From Candidatus Thorarchaeota archaeon (GTDB lineage: Archaea; Asgardarchaeota; Thorarchaeia; Thorarchaeales; Thorarchaeaceae): a stretch of 64,000 nucleotides of DNA. Below the pieces are notes generated by a model, which saw nothing but the letters and a program-made list of their open reading frames with translations, was not told where the DNA came from and ran no database searches. The position numbers and the translations under genes are program-made. The stretch spans positions 96,001-160,000 of the forward strand of contig DXJO01000020.1 in NCBI GenBank assembly GCA_019057475.1. The letters are read 5' to 3'. Of the stretch, positions 53,363-62,223 are shown in pieces (positions within the stretch are counted from its first letter, which is position 1; each line of letters starts with the position of its first letter).

Positions 53363-55287
53363 TCGCTGAAGAAGGCTTCCACCTGTTGAGCCACCATGTC
53401 TGGGCTGTCAGGCATCACTTGTGTAACCTCATCTAACCATTTGGGCATAAATCGTCGGAGGTAACTTGTTGCAAATCGTTGATCCAAGAGAATAATGACT
53501 CCGCGGTCTTCGAGTCGCCGAACTGGCCGGCCAGCCGCCTGAACCGCTCGAGTCATTGATGGTAGGACATAGGCATAGTCCCTTCCTCTGCGATTAAAGC
53601 GCTTATCGAAGTACTGAATCAGTGCATCCGTTCGAGGGGTTGGTCTAGCATAAGGCACCCCCACAACGATGACACTCTCCATTGTAGAACTTGGGAAGTC
53701 ACCTCCCTCGGAGTTGCGCCCTCCTTGCACTCCCAATAGGACGGCACCTCCCATATCACCTCTTGCTTTGAATTCCTCTATCAGGGTGTCGTTGTCACTG
53801 GTCTTCATCCCTTGCTTCTCTAAATAGAGCTTCTTCCGCAGCCTCTTCTCCAAGCCTGCTCTGAGCAGGGCACCCCCTACAGCATAGCTTGTGGTGAAAA
53901 TGCCAGTGTTGCCTGGCGTAGCGTGAGCAACAGCAACACAGTGATCAACCATGCGACTGAATAGCGCATCAGACCGTGTCTTGTAGGAAGTACCCACCCC
54001 CTCAACAATCATCGCCAACCTGTTTCGCTTAGCGAACGGATTATGGAATGTCAATTTAGCAGTTTCAGGACCAAACCCTATCATCTCGGAAAAGGCATCG
54101 AGGGGGGAGAGAGTCCCGGAGATTGCAACTGAACTACGCACCATTCTGAGTATTGGATTCGTGATTACAGTTGGGTCAAGTGCCACAAGATCAAGCGAAA
54201 CTCTTCTACTCTCTCTACTAGCCTGAGCTGACGCAATCATGAACGTGTAGTCTTCTCGTTCAGAATATTCAACCCACTTCAGCATGAAATCAGCAACTCT
54301 GTGAATTGTAGACCTAGGGAATTTCCCAGCCTTCAGAAGACCTCGTCGTATACTTGCTCCCATGTCTTTCATGTGCGATATGACTTCGTCTTCCGGTTCC
54401 ATTCCAGCCTCCATAATCGCAATCTCAAAGATGACCTCTGGATCCACCATCTTCTCATCATCTTCTTTCATCTCTGCTGAATGCTCTAGGATGACTTTTG
54501 CAAGTTCTCTGCAGAAGTCCTTGGAAATGGTATCGTGGTAAGTCGTCGCCTCACGGATGGCCTGTCTCACCGTTCCCACGGATAGCGAGTCGCTAGCAGA
54601 ACTTAGAGCTGTAGACGGTATATTGTGCGCTTCATCTTGAATCAAAACGACCCTTCCAAGAGGGGTTTCAAGTTCGGGTATGAACGCTTCCATAACAAAA
54701 GGGTCAAACACGTAGAGGTAGGAGAGAGCTACAACATCAACGACCTTGGCGAGCTTCTTGGCCAGTTCGTATGGGCAGAAAGTACGCTTCTTGGCGACTC
54801 TCACTATGTCCGGCGCCGTGAGGACCCCTGAGGGCATAATGTCAAGAACACTCGCAGAATTCACTGCTTTCTTTGTTCTCTCGTAGTATGCGCACTTTCC
54901 TGTTGCCTTTAGCTGTCCACATACCTCACTGATGGGCGCGAAAAAGCCAGCATTCTCAAGAACGAAAGGATTGAGACACATATGGCGCCTTCCTCTGAAA
55001 GAAACTCCAGTTACGCATTGCTTCTTTGATATTGCGTCAAGCTCTTCCATGACACGATCTAGCTGTCTATGCGTCCGTGCGCAATAGAGCACTTTTCCAT
55101 TGTTTTCCAAAACCCATGGTAGAACTCCACATAATGTCACGCAAGTCTTTCCAAATCCATTTGGCGCCTCACAGACAATATCGTGCCCGCTTCTGACCTT
55201 GTCGCTAATCTGATTCATCATGTCCTCTTGGCCGTTACGAGGTTCATCATATGGAAAGAAGTCCATTGGAGCGGGTTGTTCAGTCAT
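53359..55287 (-). CDS. xpd: XPD/Rad3-like Fe-S helicase
   Basis: FPY..PR.GQ, EAPNGFGKT, Fe-S Cys (CLN..C..C..CPY), DEAH, QAAGRPVR. Confidence 0.92.
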   Translation of the reverse strand: MTEQPAPMDFFPYDEPRNGQEDMMNQISDKVRSGHDIVCEAPNGFGKTCVTLCGVLPWVLENNGKVLYCARTHRQLDRVMEELDAISKKQCVTGVSFRGRRHMCLNPFVLENAGFFAPISEVCGQLKATGKCAYYERTKKAVNSASVLDIMPSGVLTAPDIVRVAKKRTFCPYELAKKLAKVVDVVALSYLYVFDPFVMEAFIPELETPLGRVVLIQDEAHNIPSTALSSASDSLSVGTVRQAIREATTYHDTISKDFCRELAKVILEHSAEMKEDDEKMVDPEVIFEIAIMEAGMEPEDEVISHMKDMGASIRRGLLKAGKFPRSTIHRVADFMLKWVEYSEREDYTFMIASAQASRESRRVSLDLVALDPTVITNPILRMVRSSVAISGTLSPLDAFSEMIGFGPETAKLTFHNPFAKRNRLAMIVEGVGTSYKTRSDALFSRMVDHCVAVAHATPGNTGIFTTSYAVGGALLRAGLEKRLRKKLYLEKQGMKTSDNDTLIEEFKARGDMGGAVLLGVQGGRNSEGGDFPSSTMESVIVVGVPYARPTPRTDALIQYFDKRFNRRGRDYAYVLPSMTRAVQAAGRPVRRLEDRGVIILLDQRFATSYLRRFMPKWLDEVTQVMPDSPDMVAQQVEAFFSD

Positions 55288-55402
55288 GAAGATTCCACCG
55301 AAATCAGCAGTGCTACTATTGATAACGATGTTGCTTGGCTTGCATGAATTCGCCGCACATCATACCTGTTTATTACCTCATTGAGCATTATGGCATCCGG
55401 CG

Positions 55403-55753
55403 ATGGAAATGAGTCTGGATGATATCAGGGAATTCGAATCCGCGTTTTCACAGGGCAAGCTTAGGGGTAGAGTAATTGACCTTGAGAATGGCATACTGCT
55501 TCTCTTGTCTGACTCAGAAAGGTTCCGAATTTCTCTTTCGGCTGTGGCAATTCCGCCGGCTCATGGACGTAAAGAGCCCGTTTCCACTGGTTTTCTCTCG
55601 ACGGGTCTAGACGCAACGCTTGTACGCACTATAGCCGAGAGAGTTGCAGCATGGACCAATCAGACCTGCATGCTAGTCATCGCGGTGAATGGTCTGAACA
55701 GGGAACTGATGATGGAAATCATTGCAATCCTGAAGAACTACCTTGTGACATAA
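55403..55753 (+). CDS. Proteasome assembly chaperone 4 (PAC4/PSMG4)-like protein
   Basis: SAVAIP...PVSTGFL...IAERVAAWTNQ matches the PAC4 pattern LAVAM...PVSTSLL...LAQRLARKTNK as recalled. Confidence 0.72.
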   Translation: MEMSLDDIREFESAFSQGKLRGRVIDLENGILLLLSDSERFRISLSAVAIPPAHGRKEPVSTGFLSTGLDATLVRTIAERVAAWTNQTCMLVIAVNGLNRELMMEIIAILKNYLVT

Positions 55754-55952
55754 GATGTTCAGCAATCTCGCGTACCCACATACCCGTTTCATCTAGTTCG
55801 TGCACGCGATTCAGGTACTCTTTCCAGTCTATCTCAAATGCGCGTTTCCAATCATCGAACGTAGCCCGCAGGTTATCAAGCGCGTGTCTGTGGTAAATAC
55901 AGAGCTCTGAGTCCTCTGCAACTTCACGACCGCATACCGAACACACATTCAC
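55719..55952 (-). CDS. Small Zn-finger protein (CxxC-x10-CxxH) coupled to topA
   Basis: CSVC...CIYH; GTG start overlaps the topA stop. Confidence 0.72.
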   Translation of the reverse strand: MNVCSVCGREVAEDSELCIYHRHALDNLRATFDDWKRAFEIDWKEYLNRVHELDETGMWVREIAEHLMSQGSSSGLQ

Positions 55953-58078
55953 TTGCTCTTTCCTCCCGTTTTGCGCTTAGCATAGCTCTTTCTACGTTTC
56001 TCAAGCTCCTCGAGGTCATCCTGGCGGCCAGAACATTCAGCCCAGTTGATGCAGGTTTCCCACGCCCTTCTTCCAGAGGTAATCTTGATCATCTGATATC
56101 CGCAATGAGGGCACATCTTGTCTAGTGGAGATATCTTACCGCTTTGGGGCAGTGGGTACGTCTGTTCACATCTCCCCTCCTTATAGTTCGAGCAGCCTAG
56201 AAATCGCTTTCCCGTCTTTGATGAAGATATTATGTTCAGTGTTCCCACATTGCAAGTTGGGCATGGTCCAATCTCTTGTTTTTCCGTCCAGTATCTTCGA
56301 AGACCTCTAACTAAGGTGTTCCCTATTGCCGCCTCCATCAGCCTGAACCTCTCCAGAATTTCGAGAAGTTCTCTCTTGGCATCCACCAACACTTGCTCTC
56401 TATCAGTATCCCCATCTTGGATACCTTCCATCTGTTTCTCAAGATGTCGAGTCAACTCAGCAGACAACACCTCGGGTACATACCGTTCCAATGTTTCGAA
56501 TAATGCATAACCCAAAGTCGATAGTTCGAACCTATCATTCAAGACATACCCTCTTGACCTGACAGAATCAGCAATTCTTGAACGAGTTGACTTTGTACCC
56601 AAGTTCTCTCTCTCAAGGGCTTTGAGCAGACTGGAGGGATTGTAACGTGGAACCGGGGAGGTCTGTTTGTCAGTTACATGTACTGAAGTAAGTTGTATCG
56701 AATCTCCTCTCTCTATCGGTGGAAATTCCTTCTCATTTGTAGTTGCATATGGCTCGTAGAACGCCATCCAGCCCTGCTTCACCACTCTGAGCCCTCGCAC
56801 ATGGAATAGATGGGTGTTGCACCTGACATCAGCCCTGCGGCTCTCCTTGACAGATGGCTCTCCAAAGAGCGCAATGAATCGCCGAACGATTAGGTCGAAA
56901 ACCTTCTTCTCGCTGGGAGTGAGTCGACGAGGGGGTTTAACTCCTGTAGGATGTATCGCTGGATGTGCTGGGTCATCTTTCTTACCTTGAACAGGCATGA
57001 GCATTCCGCCATCAAGCACACGTTTGGCCAGAAACCCATATTGCTTGAGTCCGCTGAGTCCAAGGAGAATCTCCTTCACATCAACACTCGCTGGTATCTT
57101 CTGACTACTGGTTCGTGGGTACGAGATTAAAGCATCCAAGTAGAGCTTCTGTGCAAGAACGAGCGTTCTACTAGGCTTGAACCCGAAGTGTCTGTATGAT
57201 TCTGCTTGGAGGCCGCTTAGGTTGAACGGAACAGGCGGTTTTTGTGTGCTCTTCTTCTTTTCGATTGAATCAATATGTGCTTGTTTCCCCTGAAGTTCAC
57301 TACCAATCGCATCTGCCTCTTTCTTGATGTCGATTCGTTTCCTAGAGTACTCCAGTTCGATTTCAACTCCGTCGTGGTCGCCCATGGCCTTTATGGTCCA
57401 GAATGGGACCGGCACGAAGAGGTTGATCTCCTGCTCTCTTTTTGCCACAAATGCAAGTGCGGGACCCTGAACTCTGCCAGTTGATACTATCTTGAACCAG
57501 CCCGCAGTACTCTTGATTGCAAGAGTCAGGGCACGTGTGAGGTTTATTCCATAGAGCCAATCGACCTCATGCCGCACCTGACCCGCTTCTATTATGGGAA
57601 ACTCCAACGTCAGTGACATGTTTTCATAGGCATTTTCAAGGTCCTTGGCTGTCAGCGACGAGAAAATCATTCTCTTTGCATCTGCAGGGTCCGTCCCACA
57701 AGCATACTTCACAGTCAGATAACCAATCAAGCTCCCCTCAATGTCGTAATCAGTAGCTACCACAAATTCATCTGCGTCTTTTGCAAGCCTCTTGATCAGT
57801 CGGATGATTGGCTTGATTGCTGTCGCTTTCTTGACGACCTCATATTTCGGAACCCACTCTGTTTCGAGTCTAGGGTATGTCCACCCCTTCTCTATTTGGC
57901 GGAGATCATACAGATGCCCTAGCGCGTAGGCTACAATGAGGGTGTCCTTACCTCTCTTGAACTTGTAGTATGAAACTCGCCCCTCCTTGACTTCACTCAA
58001 AGACTCCTGTTGACTCAACGCTTCAGCGATTCGTTTCGCGGCGGTGGGTTTTTCAGAGATAATCAGGACTCTCGACAG
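55949..58078 (-). CDS. topA: DNA topoisomerase IA; probable CTG start at 58078
   Basis: IISEKP, ATDYDIEG, STGRVQ, ISYPRT (catalytic Tyr), C-terminal Zn ribbons; SD GAGGCGA before CTG. Confidence 0.96.
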   Translation of the reverse strand: MSRVLIISEKPTAAKRIAEALSQQESLSEVKEGRVSYYKFKRGKDTLIVAYALGHLYDLRQIEKGWTYPRLETEWVPKYEVVKKATAIKPIIRLIKRLAKDADEFVVATDYDIEGSLIGYLTVKYACGTDPADAKRMIFSSLTAKDLENAYENMSLTLEFPIIEAGQVRHEVDWLYGINLTRALTLAIKSTAGWFKIVSTGRVQGPALAFVAKREQEINLFVPVPFWTIKAMGDHDGVEIELEYSRKRIDIKKEADAIGSELQGKQAHIDSIEKKKSTQKPPVPFNLSGLQAESYRHFGFKPSRTLVLAQKLYLDALISYPRTSSQKIPASVDVKEILLGLSGLKQYGFLAKRVLDGGMLMPVQGKKDDPAHPAIHPTGVKPPRRLTPSEKKVFDLIVRRFIALFGEPSVKESRRADVRCNTHLFHVRGLRVVKQGWMAFYEPYATTNEKEFPPIERGDSIQLTSVHVTDKQTSPVPRYNPSSLLKALERENLGTKSTRSRIADSVRSRGYVLNDRFELSTLGYALFETLERYVPEVLSAELTRHLEKQMEGIQDGDTDREQVLVDAKRELLEILERFRLMEAAIGNTLVRGLRRYWTEKQEIGPCPTCNVGTLNIISSSKTGKRFLGCSNYKEGRCEQTYPLPQSGKISPLDKMCPHCGYQMIKITSGRRAWETCINWAECSGRQDDLEELEKRRKSYAKRKTGGKSK

Positions 58079-58208
58079 TTTGGCTCGCCTCTCTCGAATC
58101 TGGCGGAATAGACCAGTCCAATCTAGTGATACTTGGACTGGTACAAATGTGCATTTCACGATAGTCTTAAAAGCAGACCGCCAAACGGCACCGTTCGAGG
58201 TCGAACAG

Positions 58209-58673
58209 ATGAAACCATGGTGGCCGCGATTCATTGTCAAACCCCGCGTGCGACTTATTAGGCCGCGTTTCGGAATGCCCGCACGGCCTCCAGAAATTCT
58301 CGTATTTGGTGTGTTTTTCTTTGCTATATTGTTCGTTCTCGGGGGAAACATCTACACTCTGGTGAAGTCCCCCCCTGCCATAGCAACTGGGCCAAACAGT
58401 GAACCCATCATAGTCTACCCCGCCCTCGACGTCCAGCTGGGGCTGGAGGGCATGGTAGCTTCGGTTGTCATAATGATTGGTGTCATTGGTCTGGGGCTAA
58501 TCTATTACAGTTCTAGATACGTTTTCCAACCGGGTTACGCAATGCGTCTCATGGCTCTTGGGATGATTCTGGCTGGAGGAGCTTTCCTTATGGTCACCTA
58601 TCTTATGATCCTGAAATCTCCAAGTAGAACAGGCATCATTCCGGTGCTCGAAATGGTCCAAGCTTTAACCTAA
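58209..58673 (+). CDS. OSTC/DC2-like oligosaccharyltransferase subunit (OST3/OST6 family)
   Basis: LGGNIYTLVKSPP...QLGLEG..AS....G..GL with three TM helices, 154 aa. Confidence 0.78.
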   Translation: MKPWWPRFIVKPRVRLIRPRFGMPARPPEILVFGVFFFAILFVLGGNIYTLVKSPPAIATGPNSEPIIVYPALDVQLGLEGMVASVVIMIGVIGLGLIYYSSRYVFQPGYAMRLMALGMILAGGAFLMVTYLMILKSPSRTGIIPVLEMVQALT

Positions 58674-59378
58674 CACGTGGTACTCTATCCTGCTGCTCGA
58701 CATCAAATGTGTCAAGAGCTCTTCTGCAATCTGAAGCTTAATCCTCTTCCGCTTGCTGGCACGGAAATTCCCTTCGTGATTGGGTTTTGACCACTTGCCC
58801 ACAGTTACCCCAAAATCCATCCCCGCAAGTACTATGCGTCTTGGTGCATTCTGGGCAATGATATGACAGGCTCTATCTCCATCAGTGAAGCCGCCCCAGA
58901 GGAATACATTGTCTGTGGGTTCGACCTGGGTGCTGCCCAAGATTATTCCTAAACTTGGAACGGACTCTCTCACCATTTCCATGTTATCACCATGCGCATG
59001 AACAATGGCGAGGGTGCCATGCTCTACTGCTTTCTTAATGTGCTCCATTCGCCCATCAAGGTCAGTTACAATAATGTCACAGTTTAGTCCCAGATTGATA
59101 AATGCTGATATCGCTCCATCCGCAGCAACGTACACGGCATTGTCAAACTCCTTTGACTTGATCACAATTTCAAGGTGTCGCTCTAAAGATGGGCCCGCTC
59201 CGCATACTATTACTGTGCGTCCAGCAACAAGTTCATTCAGGTCACGAAGTAGTGGTTCAGGATCTATATCCTTAAGCAAGTCTGTCAGCAGGGCTGTAGC
59301 CATGCGGTCTGCTTGAACATCGAGCTCAAGTCTATCAACGATGTCCAGATAGAACGGTTTCCACTCTTCCCATCGCAT
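58665..59378 (-). CDS. mptE: 6-hydroxymethyl-7,8-dihydropterin pyrophosphokinase (MptE, DUF115)
   Basis: GAGPSL, AADGA, VTDLDG, HAHGDN, GGFTDGDRA. Confidence 0.92.
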   Translation of the reverse strand: MRWEEWKPFYLDIVDRLELDVQADRMATALLTDLLKDIDPEPLLRDLNELVAGRTVIVCGAGPSLERHLEIVIKSKEFDNAVYVAADGAISAFINLGLNCDIIVTDLDGRMEHIKKAVEHGTLAIVHAHGDNMEMVRESVPSLGIILGSTQVEPTDNVFLWGGFTDGDRACHIIAQNAPRRIVLAGMDFGVTVGKWSKPNHEGNFRASKRKRIKLQIAEELLTHLMSSSRIEYHVLG

Positions 59379-59384
59379 ATGGAA

Positions 59385-60278
59385 CTACTCCGCGCTCTCC
59401 CGACTCTCGCTTATGCCAGACACTCTCCTCAGTGCTTTTCCTATTTTCGCAGCAATCTTGCCCTCTTTCACATCGTGTGTACGGATCAAATTGGCGCCAT
59501 TCGCCACAGCTATAGATGTGACTGCGATGGTGCCCGTGAGTCTTATGCTAGGATCTGGCTGATTGAGTAGATTTCCAATGAAAGCCTTCCTCGAAACACC
59601 AACAAGCACAGGGTGCCCCAGACTGCAGAATCTATCTAGCTCTCTGATAATTTCCAGATCCACCTCTGATGGCTTGCCAAATCCAATACCTGGGTCAATA
59701 ATGATTCTTTCTTGCGGTATGCCAACAGATAGAGCGGTCTTGACACTCCTCTCAACTGAGCGAATGGACGCCTTCAACGTCTGACATGAGCCTCCGCAGT
59801 CAGCCATCAGCACAATGGGCACGCCACGGTCAGCGACAAGCTTTGCCATTCTCTTGTCTCTGGCAAGTCCTGAAACATCATTCACCAATGAAACCCCAAT
59901 GTCGATAGCAGCTTCAGCAACTTCTGAGTGGACCGTGTCTATTGAAACCGGAACTCTCGTGTTCCGAATAATGTACTCCAAATTCCTAGTCACTCTCTCA
60001 AGCTCAACTTCAACAGTCACCTCGGGAGTACCATAGACTCCTCTTGGTGCGGTTGATGCGCCCCCGACATCAATGATGTCAGCACCATCTTGTTCCATAC
60101 CGTTGATGGCCTTGGCCAGTTGTTCACTGTTATCCACGATTGAGTCGCGATAGAATGATTCCGGGGAGAGGTTGATGACACTCATGACGCGCGGAAGAAA
60201 GTCAGCTCCAACCTTGAGCCCACCTATGTCTACCGTGTGATGCTTCACGACCAAGAAACCTCGCGTGGTGAGCGACAC
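59385..60278 (-). CDS. folP: Dihydropteroate synthase (start may be near 60248)
   Basis: INLSPESF, DVGGAST, IIDPGIGFGK, SRKAF, RTHDV. Confidence 0.93.
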   Translation of the reverse strand: MSLTTRGFLVVKHHTVDIGGLKVGADFLPRVMSVINLSPESFYRDSIVDNSEQLAKAINGMEQDGADIIDVGGASTAPRGVYGTPEVTVEVELERVTRNLEYIIRNTRVPVSIDTVHSEVAEAAIDIGVSLVNDVSGLARDKRMAKLVADRGVPIVLMADCGGSCQTLKASIRSVERSVKTALSVGIPQERIIIDPGIGFGKPSEVDLEIIRELDRFCSLGHPVLVGVSRKAFIGNLLNQPDPSIRLTGTIAVTSIAVANGANLIRTHDVKEGKIAAKIGKALRRVSGISESRESAE

Positions 60279-60307
60279 AGAAGAAGATAAAACCTAGCTC
60301 ATTTCGA

Positions 60308-61483
60308 GTGAGCTTGAATGACTTGGAGTCAACGACCTTGAATGACAAGCTCCGCCGACCTCAGCTATTCGAATGGCACAAAGCTCATGGAGATGTAGTT
60401 CCGTTTGCGGGCTGGGAGATGCCAGTTAGATATACAGACATCCGAGAAGAACACTTAGCTGTCAGGAATGCAGTTGGCATATTCGACATTTCGCATATGT
60501 ATCGCTTCTTCATCAGAGGTCGTCAGGCAGCACAGTTTCTGCAGACAATCACAACAAATAACGTGAATAAACTGAAGGTGAACGGAGGGCACTACACGAC
60601 GTGTCTCAATGAGCAGGGCGGAATCCATGACGATTTGATGCTCTACAGAATTGCTGAGCACGAGTACATTTGGATCACCAATGCATCGAATGGCCCAAAA
60701 ATCACACAGCATCTATTGACGGAAGCCGTGAATTTCGAGGTTGAAGTGGAGGACAAGACAAGTGAGATTACTATGGTTGCTGTTCAAGGCCCAAAAGCGC
60801 TTTCCTTGCTGTGCAAACTGGCTGGAACCGATGTAAGCGAATTTCCAAAGTTCAGTTGCAATCTTATCAAGCTTGCAGGACATGACTGTTACTTGTGCCG
60901 AACCGGTTACACTGGGGAGGCGGGGGCCGAGATACTCCTTCTCAATACCCCCTTCAATGATGAAGGGACGAGCAGAGCAGTTGCATTCTGGGAAGAGCTG
61001 CTGAAGCAAGGTGCGGAATATGGCGTGAAACCATGCGGTCTCGGCTCAAGAGATTCCACCCGCCTAGAGGCTGGTTTCGTTCTCTATGGTCACGAGCTGG
61101 AGGAAGACATCACTCCGATTGAAGCACGGATACGCTATGCGGTGAAGTTCAAAGTTGAGCCACATTATATCGGATATGATGTGTTGAAGAAGCAGAAGGA
61201 AGAGGGAGTAGAGAAAACGCGTATCGGACTCGTCATGATAGACCGCGGTGTTCCGCGGCAACACTACAATGTTCTATTCAACAGCAACAAAATTGGGCAC
61301 ATCAGTAGTGGTGGCGTATCTCCGCTCTTGAAGAAGGGCATCGGACTGGCCTTTGTCATTCCAAGCATGGTCAATGAAGGCGATACTGTTGAGATAGACA
61401 TCAAAGGGCGACTACGAAAGGCTCGTGTGAGCGGGTGGCCCTTCTTTGACTCAGAACGCTATGGTGAGAAGCGCACCAAGTGA
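60308..61483 (+). CDS. gcvT: Glycine cleavage system aminomethyltransferase T
   Basis: FAGWEMPV.Y, FDISHM, RTGYTGE, RLEAG. Confidence 0.95.
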   Translation: MSLNDLESTTLNDKLRRPQLFEWHKAHGDVVPFAGWEMPVRYTDIREEHLAVRNAVGIFDISHMYRFFIRGRQAAQFLQTITTNNVNKLKVNGGHYTTCLNEQGGIHDDLMLYRIAEHEYIWITNASNGPKITQHLLTEAVNFEVEVEDKTSEITMVAVQGPKALSLLCKLAGTDVSEFPKFSCNLIKLAGHDCYLCRTGYTGEAGAEILLLNTPFNDEGTSRAVAFWEELLKQGAEYGVKPCGLGSRDSTRLEAGFVLYGHELEEDITPIEARIRYAVKFKVEPHYIGYDVLKKQKEEGVEKTRIGLVMIDRGVPRQHYNVLFNSNKIGHISSGGVSPLLKKGIGLAFVIPSMVNEGDTVEIDIKGRLRKARVSGWPFFDSERYGEKRTK

Positions 61484-61536
61484 TGGGAACTGATTTAAAG
61501 GAGCCCAAATCACACCGAACCCGAAGGTGTAATCCT

Positions 61537-61935
61537 ATGACAAAAGGCACCGCAGTTATCGAAGGACTATACTACAGTAAGGCTCACGAATGGGCCAAAG
61601 TTGAAGGTGACGTCGTGATTGTGGGCATTACAGACTATGCTCAAAACTCACTGCACGAAATCACATTCGTAGAAATCAGTGATGTAGGGACATCACTCAA
61701 AGTTGATGAAGAGTGTGGCCTTGTTGAGTCTATGAAGGCATCATCGGACCTCTTCACACCCCTGGCTGGAGAGATTGTCGAAGTGAACGAAGCATTGGAA
61801 GACGCACCAGAACTCGTCAATGAGGATCCCTACGGCAAGGGATGGATGTGGAAGATTAAGCCATCCAATCTTAAGGGTGATTTGAAGGCACTCCTAGACG
61901 CCAAGGGCTACAGCGAGTATACTGCATCCCTCTAG
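61537..61935 (+). CDS. gcvH: Glycine cleavage system H protein
   Basis: HEWA, VGITDYAQ, VESMKA (lipoyl Lys), NEDPYGKGW. Confidence 0.96.
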   Translation: MTKGTAVIEGLYYSKAHEWAKVEGDVVIVGITDYAQNSLHEITFVEISDVGTSLKVDEECGLVESMKASSDLFTPLAGEIVEVNEALEDAPELVNEDPYGKGWMWKIKPSNLKGDLKALLDAKGYSEYTASL

Positions 61936-62223
61936 CAAGGTTCTAACGCCCCGAGCGATAGATACTCCTGGGAACTGCATAAACAGATTGGGGGTCTTTT
62001 GAATTCGGCCCCCAACCATTATTATCCAATTGGCACTGCTCAGATACCACCTCTCAGACATCTTAACCCCATCACACTGCATAAGTGATGAAAATTCTTC
62101 TCGAGTCTACGGGGGTTTTGCATTTTATTCCGAAGTGTACATCCTCTGAACTAACAGCAACCTTTTTAGCGAATCCAAGTTTGCCTCGAACTAATTCGAG
62201 TCCAAACGGAGAGAACCCGCTGT

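Noticed and set aside
58079-58351. Apparent long antisense overlap of topA and the OSTC-like ORF
   Set aside because: Artefact of start calling; resolved by CTG 58078 and ATG 58209.
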